DNA of 38,209 nucleotides from contig JBGSIV010000198.1 in NCBI GenBank assembly GCA_041742355.1, positions 1-38,209 of the forward strand, written 5' to 3'. The translations under genes were made by a program, and so were the position numbers. The notes beneath the pieces were generated by a model. That model had not been told where the DNA came from and ran no database searches. It was given only the letters and a program-made list of their open reading frames with translations. This document shows, one piece after another, positions 35,607 to 38,209 of this stretch. This stretch comes from Candidatus Zixiibacteriota bacterium. Its GTDB lineage: Bacteria; Zixibacteria; MSB-5A5; GN15; FEB-12. Each line of letters starts with the position of its first letter. Position 1 is the stretch's first letter.

Positions 35607-36770
35607 TTAGTACCGAAATATTGCCGCGACATCTCGACCGCCGGGCATCGCAACGGGGTTCACCGCAAACACTGTCCCCGAATTGACCAGCGTGTGAACT
35701 GCGGCCAGATCGTACAGATCCTCGTTCCCTTTGGCGTTCTGATCGTGTGTCTGTACCTCTGCATTGCCGGGACGGTACGTGCCGTACTGCTGAGACTGCT
35801 CCGGCACGAAGAGCGTGTCTATCCGGCCGGCATGCGCCGCCGGCACGATCTCGGCCAGAACATCGGATGCATGGCCGCTCCCAGTTCCCTTCAGATTCTC
35901 GAATTTCTGCTTTGCGAACATCTGCGCCGATTCAAACCGCGGCCGCACGAGCTCCCACGCCTTGCGGTGCAACTCGGCCGGCTGGTCGTTGTCGGGATTG
36001 CCCGGGATCCCTTCGACTATGTTCGGGTATCGGCTCGCCTCCCGGAACAGCGGGAAAATGTACTCCACCCCGGCCAGCACCAGCGGCGCCCGTTCCTCAT
36101 GCAGGACGCTCCACAACCCCCGGTCCACCTTCTGGAAATACCGCAGCAACGCGTTCTTGTGGTCCAGTTCATTGGAGCCGGCCGAGAAGAACGCCACGTC
36201 GCTACTGGCCCCCGGGCCCCGTTGCGGCGACCCCGTGTAGAACTTCTTCTCCGCCTCGATATCCTCGAACTTCAGCGCATCTCCCATTCCCGACGGCACC
36301 GAATCCAGTCTGATTTCAGACACCGAATCACGCGTCCCCTGGAGCAGCCGCACCCGCTCCTTGCTCAGGGCGAGGACGTAGAATTTCCCGTCGTTGGTCA
36401 GGAGCGGCACGAGCGGTTTGATGTAGAACCGGTCGCCCACCATCGTCATCTCGCTGAACTGTGCGGGGAGACGGTAGTGGCGGACACTCTCCTTCGAGAG
36501 AAACAGGGCCAGGCCATCACTCTGGTGGCTCCAGAAGTTCCAGTCCTCCAGGAGCGGCTGCACCCGACCGATCAATTCCCGGGCCAAGGTTGTGCGCACG
36601 CCCTGCGCCGCCAGCGCTTTCTCCGCCTTGTGGACCTGATTTCTGAACCGGATCGGATCCTGCTCGACTTTCTTCCGTCCGCCGCGATGCGTCGGCATGT
36701 AGATCGACACGCACGGCCCCTGGTGTGCCGCTATCAGCCCCCGGATATCATCCATGCGGATCATGTCCAT
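35607..36770 (-). CDS. baeRF-family (bacterial aeRF1-like) protein
   Basis: CVSIYMPT, DPIRFRN, FW......LALF, FYIKPL, FYVLALS, PLVLAG, GRIDTLF, AAIFRY. No GGQ motif. Confidence 0.8.
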   Translation of the reverse strand: MDMIRMDDIRGLIAAHQGPCVSIYMPTHRGGRKKVEQDPIRFRNQVHKAEKALAAQGVRTTLARELIGRVQPLLEDWNFWSHQSDGLALFLSKESVRHYRLPAQFSEMTMVGDRFYIKPLVPLLTNDGKFYVLALSKERVRLLQGTRDSVSEIRLDSVPSGMGDALKFEDIEAEKKFYTGSPQRGPGASSDVAFFSAGSNELDHKNALLRYFQKVDRGLWSVLHEERAPLVLAGVEYIFPLFREASRYPNIVEGIPGNPDNDQPAELHRKAWELVRPRFESAQMFAKQKFENLKGTGSGHASDVLAEIVPAAHAGRIDTLFVPEQSQQYGTYRPGNAEVQTHDQNAKGNEDLYDLAAVHTLVNSGTVFAVNPVAMPGGRDVAAIFRY

Positions 36771-36785
36771 GTATGAAACCTCCCG

Positions 36786-38081
36786 TTACGTTGCCTGCCC
36801 CGATGGCCACTCTGCACCGGTGCCTCGAAGCGTGAATTTCGTTTCGAACGAGTCGAACAGGTCGAGCCAATTGCCCATCAGGCGGGTCAGGAGAAACTTC
36901 TGGCGCACCGTTTCCCGGGCGTTGCGTCCGATGCGCCGACGCAGATCCTCATTTCGCAGCAGTTGCACCGCTCGGGCGGCCATCTCCTTTCCCGAATTCA
37001 CCAGAAAACCGTTCTCTCCGTCGACAATCTGATGGCGGATTCCGCCAACTCTGGTGCCGATAACCGCCGCCTCCTTCCACATCGCCTCGGCGACCGTCAG
37101 CCCGAAGCCCTCCCGGATCGAATTCTGCACCACTACCGCTGCCTTCCGCTGCAGCGCGTTGACCAAAGCCGTGTCCTGCTCGCTCATGATGATTATGCGC
37201 TCTTCCCGTTCTTTCAGCAGCGACTCGTATACTTCCGCCCCCTCCGGGTCGTCGGTAGCCGCATTGCCCAGCAACACCAGCGTCGCGTCGACCTCCTGCC
37301 GCACAAGCTTGAACATCTCGATCACTCCGGCCGGATCCTTCCATCGGTCGAATCGCGACACCTGCACGATGATCGGGCGGTCATCAGGGATGCCGTAGTG
37401 CGACAGGCGCTCCATACACTCGGCGTCGCTCAGGTCCCGGTTGGCGATACTGAACGGGTCGATCGCCGGCATGAAGAACATCTGCGGCGTCTGCAGTTCC
37501 CGCCGGTACTCCGGCAGCGACATCACTACCGCGTCGTAGCACTCCACGAAGCCCTTGAGGTACTTCCAGAGTTCGCGGTCCGGTGCGGTGAGATCAATGT
37601 GGCAGCGCCAGATCCAAGGGCTGTTCCGGCGGTAGTGCTTGATCAGCGGCAGTGGCTGGGGGTCGTGAATAATCACCATGTCATGGTCGAGGTGGTTGCG
37701 AACCGCGTTCTCGTAGATGACTTCCTCGTAGATCTCCTTCTTGCGGTCGGTCAGGTTGATTTCGTCCCCCTGCAGGGCATTGTGCATTTTCTTTGTGATG
37801 TTGAAGAAGTCAGGCGACCCTTGAATCACCCGCCAGCCGGTCTTCAGACCGGCCCCGTTCATCAGGAGGATGATGCTCGACAGCAGGGTCGCCACGCCGC
37901 CGCCGTAGTAGGTGGAACTGACATTCACAATGTGCATGTCCTCCAGCCGTTCCGCAGCGCGAAGCAGCCGGTCCACCTCCTCGGCGCCGATCAGATCCTC
38001 GTAGTCCTCAACCCGGGGAAAGCGGAGCCGTCCTTTCGTCGTAGCCCGTTTGCTGTCGATCATCGTCGCGCTATCAGGCAT
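36786..38081 (-). CDS. treT: TreT-like trehalose synthase (GT4 glycosyltransferase)
   Basis: ST..GGGVA, HNALQG, HDPQP, WRCHID, QVSRFD.WKDP, EGFGLTV.EAMWK. AGGAG RBS 9 nt before the ATG at 38081; alternative starts at 38111 and 38117. Confidence 0.85.
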   Translation of the reverse strand: MPDSATMIDSKRATTKGRLRFPRVEDYEDLIGAEEVDRLLRAAERLEDMHIVNVSSTYYGGGVATLLSSIILLMNGAGLKTGWRVIQGSPDFFNITKKMHNALQGDEINLTDRKKEIYEEVIYENAVRNHLDHDMVIIHDPQPLPLIKHYRRNSPWIWRCHIDLTAPDRELWKYLKGFVECYDAVVMSLPEYRRELQTPQMFFMPAIDPFSIANRDLSDAECMERLSHYGIPDDRPIIVQVSRFDRWKDPAGVIEMFKLVRQEVDATLVLLGNAATDDPEGAEVYESLLKEREERIIIMSEQDTALVNALQRKAAVVVQNSIREGFGLTVAEAMWKEAAVIGTRVGGIRHQIVDGENGFLVNSGKEMAARAVQLLRNEDLRRRIGRNARETVRQKFLLTRLMGNWLDLFDSFETKFTLRGTGAEWPSGQAT

Positions 38082-38209
38082 CTTGAAACTCTCCTGTAAT
38101 CGGTGAGTCATTTCCACTGTTCTTCCAACGTGCGGCCGATGTCCGGAGCGTTCGGCCCCGAGCTACCCGGCCGGAACCGACGGGTCGGTCGGATCGTCAG
38201 GCGGTGGCG

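Noticed and set aside
35694..38099. Long plus-strand ORFs (360 aa and 378 aa) opposite baeRF and treT
   Set aside because: Antisense shadows of well-supported minus-strand genes.
1..38209. CRISPR arrays, tRNA/rRNA, transposases, integrases, prophage genes
   Set aside because: No regularly spaced repeats, cloverleaf motifs or mobile-element protein signatures seen on reading the sequence.

Overview
A GC-rich bacterial chromosomal segment from a diderm, LPS-producing organism. The FlgD-Ig/T9SS-type C-terminal domain on the first gene points to the FCB group (for example Zixibacteria-like); this is inferred, not searched. The left half is mostly housekeeping and envelope genes: a partial secreted FN3 protein, acs, a HicB-like/DinB fusion, an SPFH lipoprotein, uvrB, rplU-bamA-skp-lpxD (no rpmA after rplU), ssb, nadE-rsmI-PAP2-lgt and a BACON/YCF48 lipoprotein. 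The right half holds four items of interest. (1) A translationally coupled operon encoding an Omp85 barrel, a lipoprotein with an atypical kinase fold and an exported PAP2 phosphatase. (2) A 28-aa histone-H1-like Lys/Ala peptide gene absent from the ORF track, with its own promoter, structured leader and terminator. (3) A compact sulfur module: two-Cys DsrC plus a CoA-persulfide-reductase/rhodanese, divergent from a Cys-rich MerR regulator and dsrMK, with no dsrAB or dsrJOP in the window and flanked by hemD-hemB and a ferritin-like gene. (4) A stress-type cluster of treT, a baeRF (Balon-like) protein and two paralogous beta-barrels. I found no tRNA, rRNA, CRISPR array or mobile element. All calls come from reading motifs by eye; no database searches were run.
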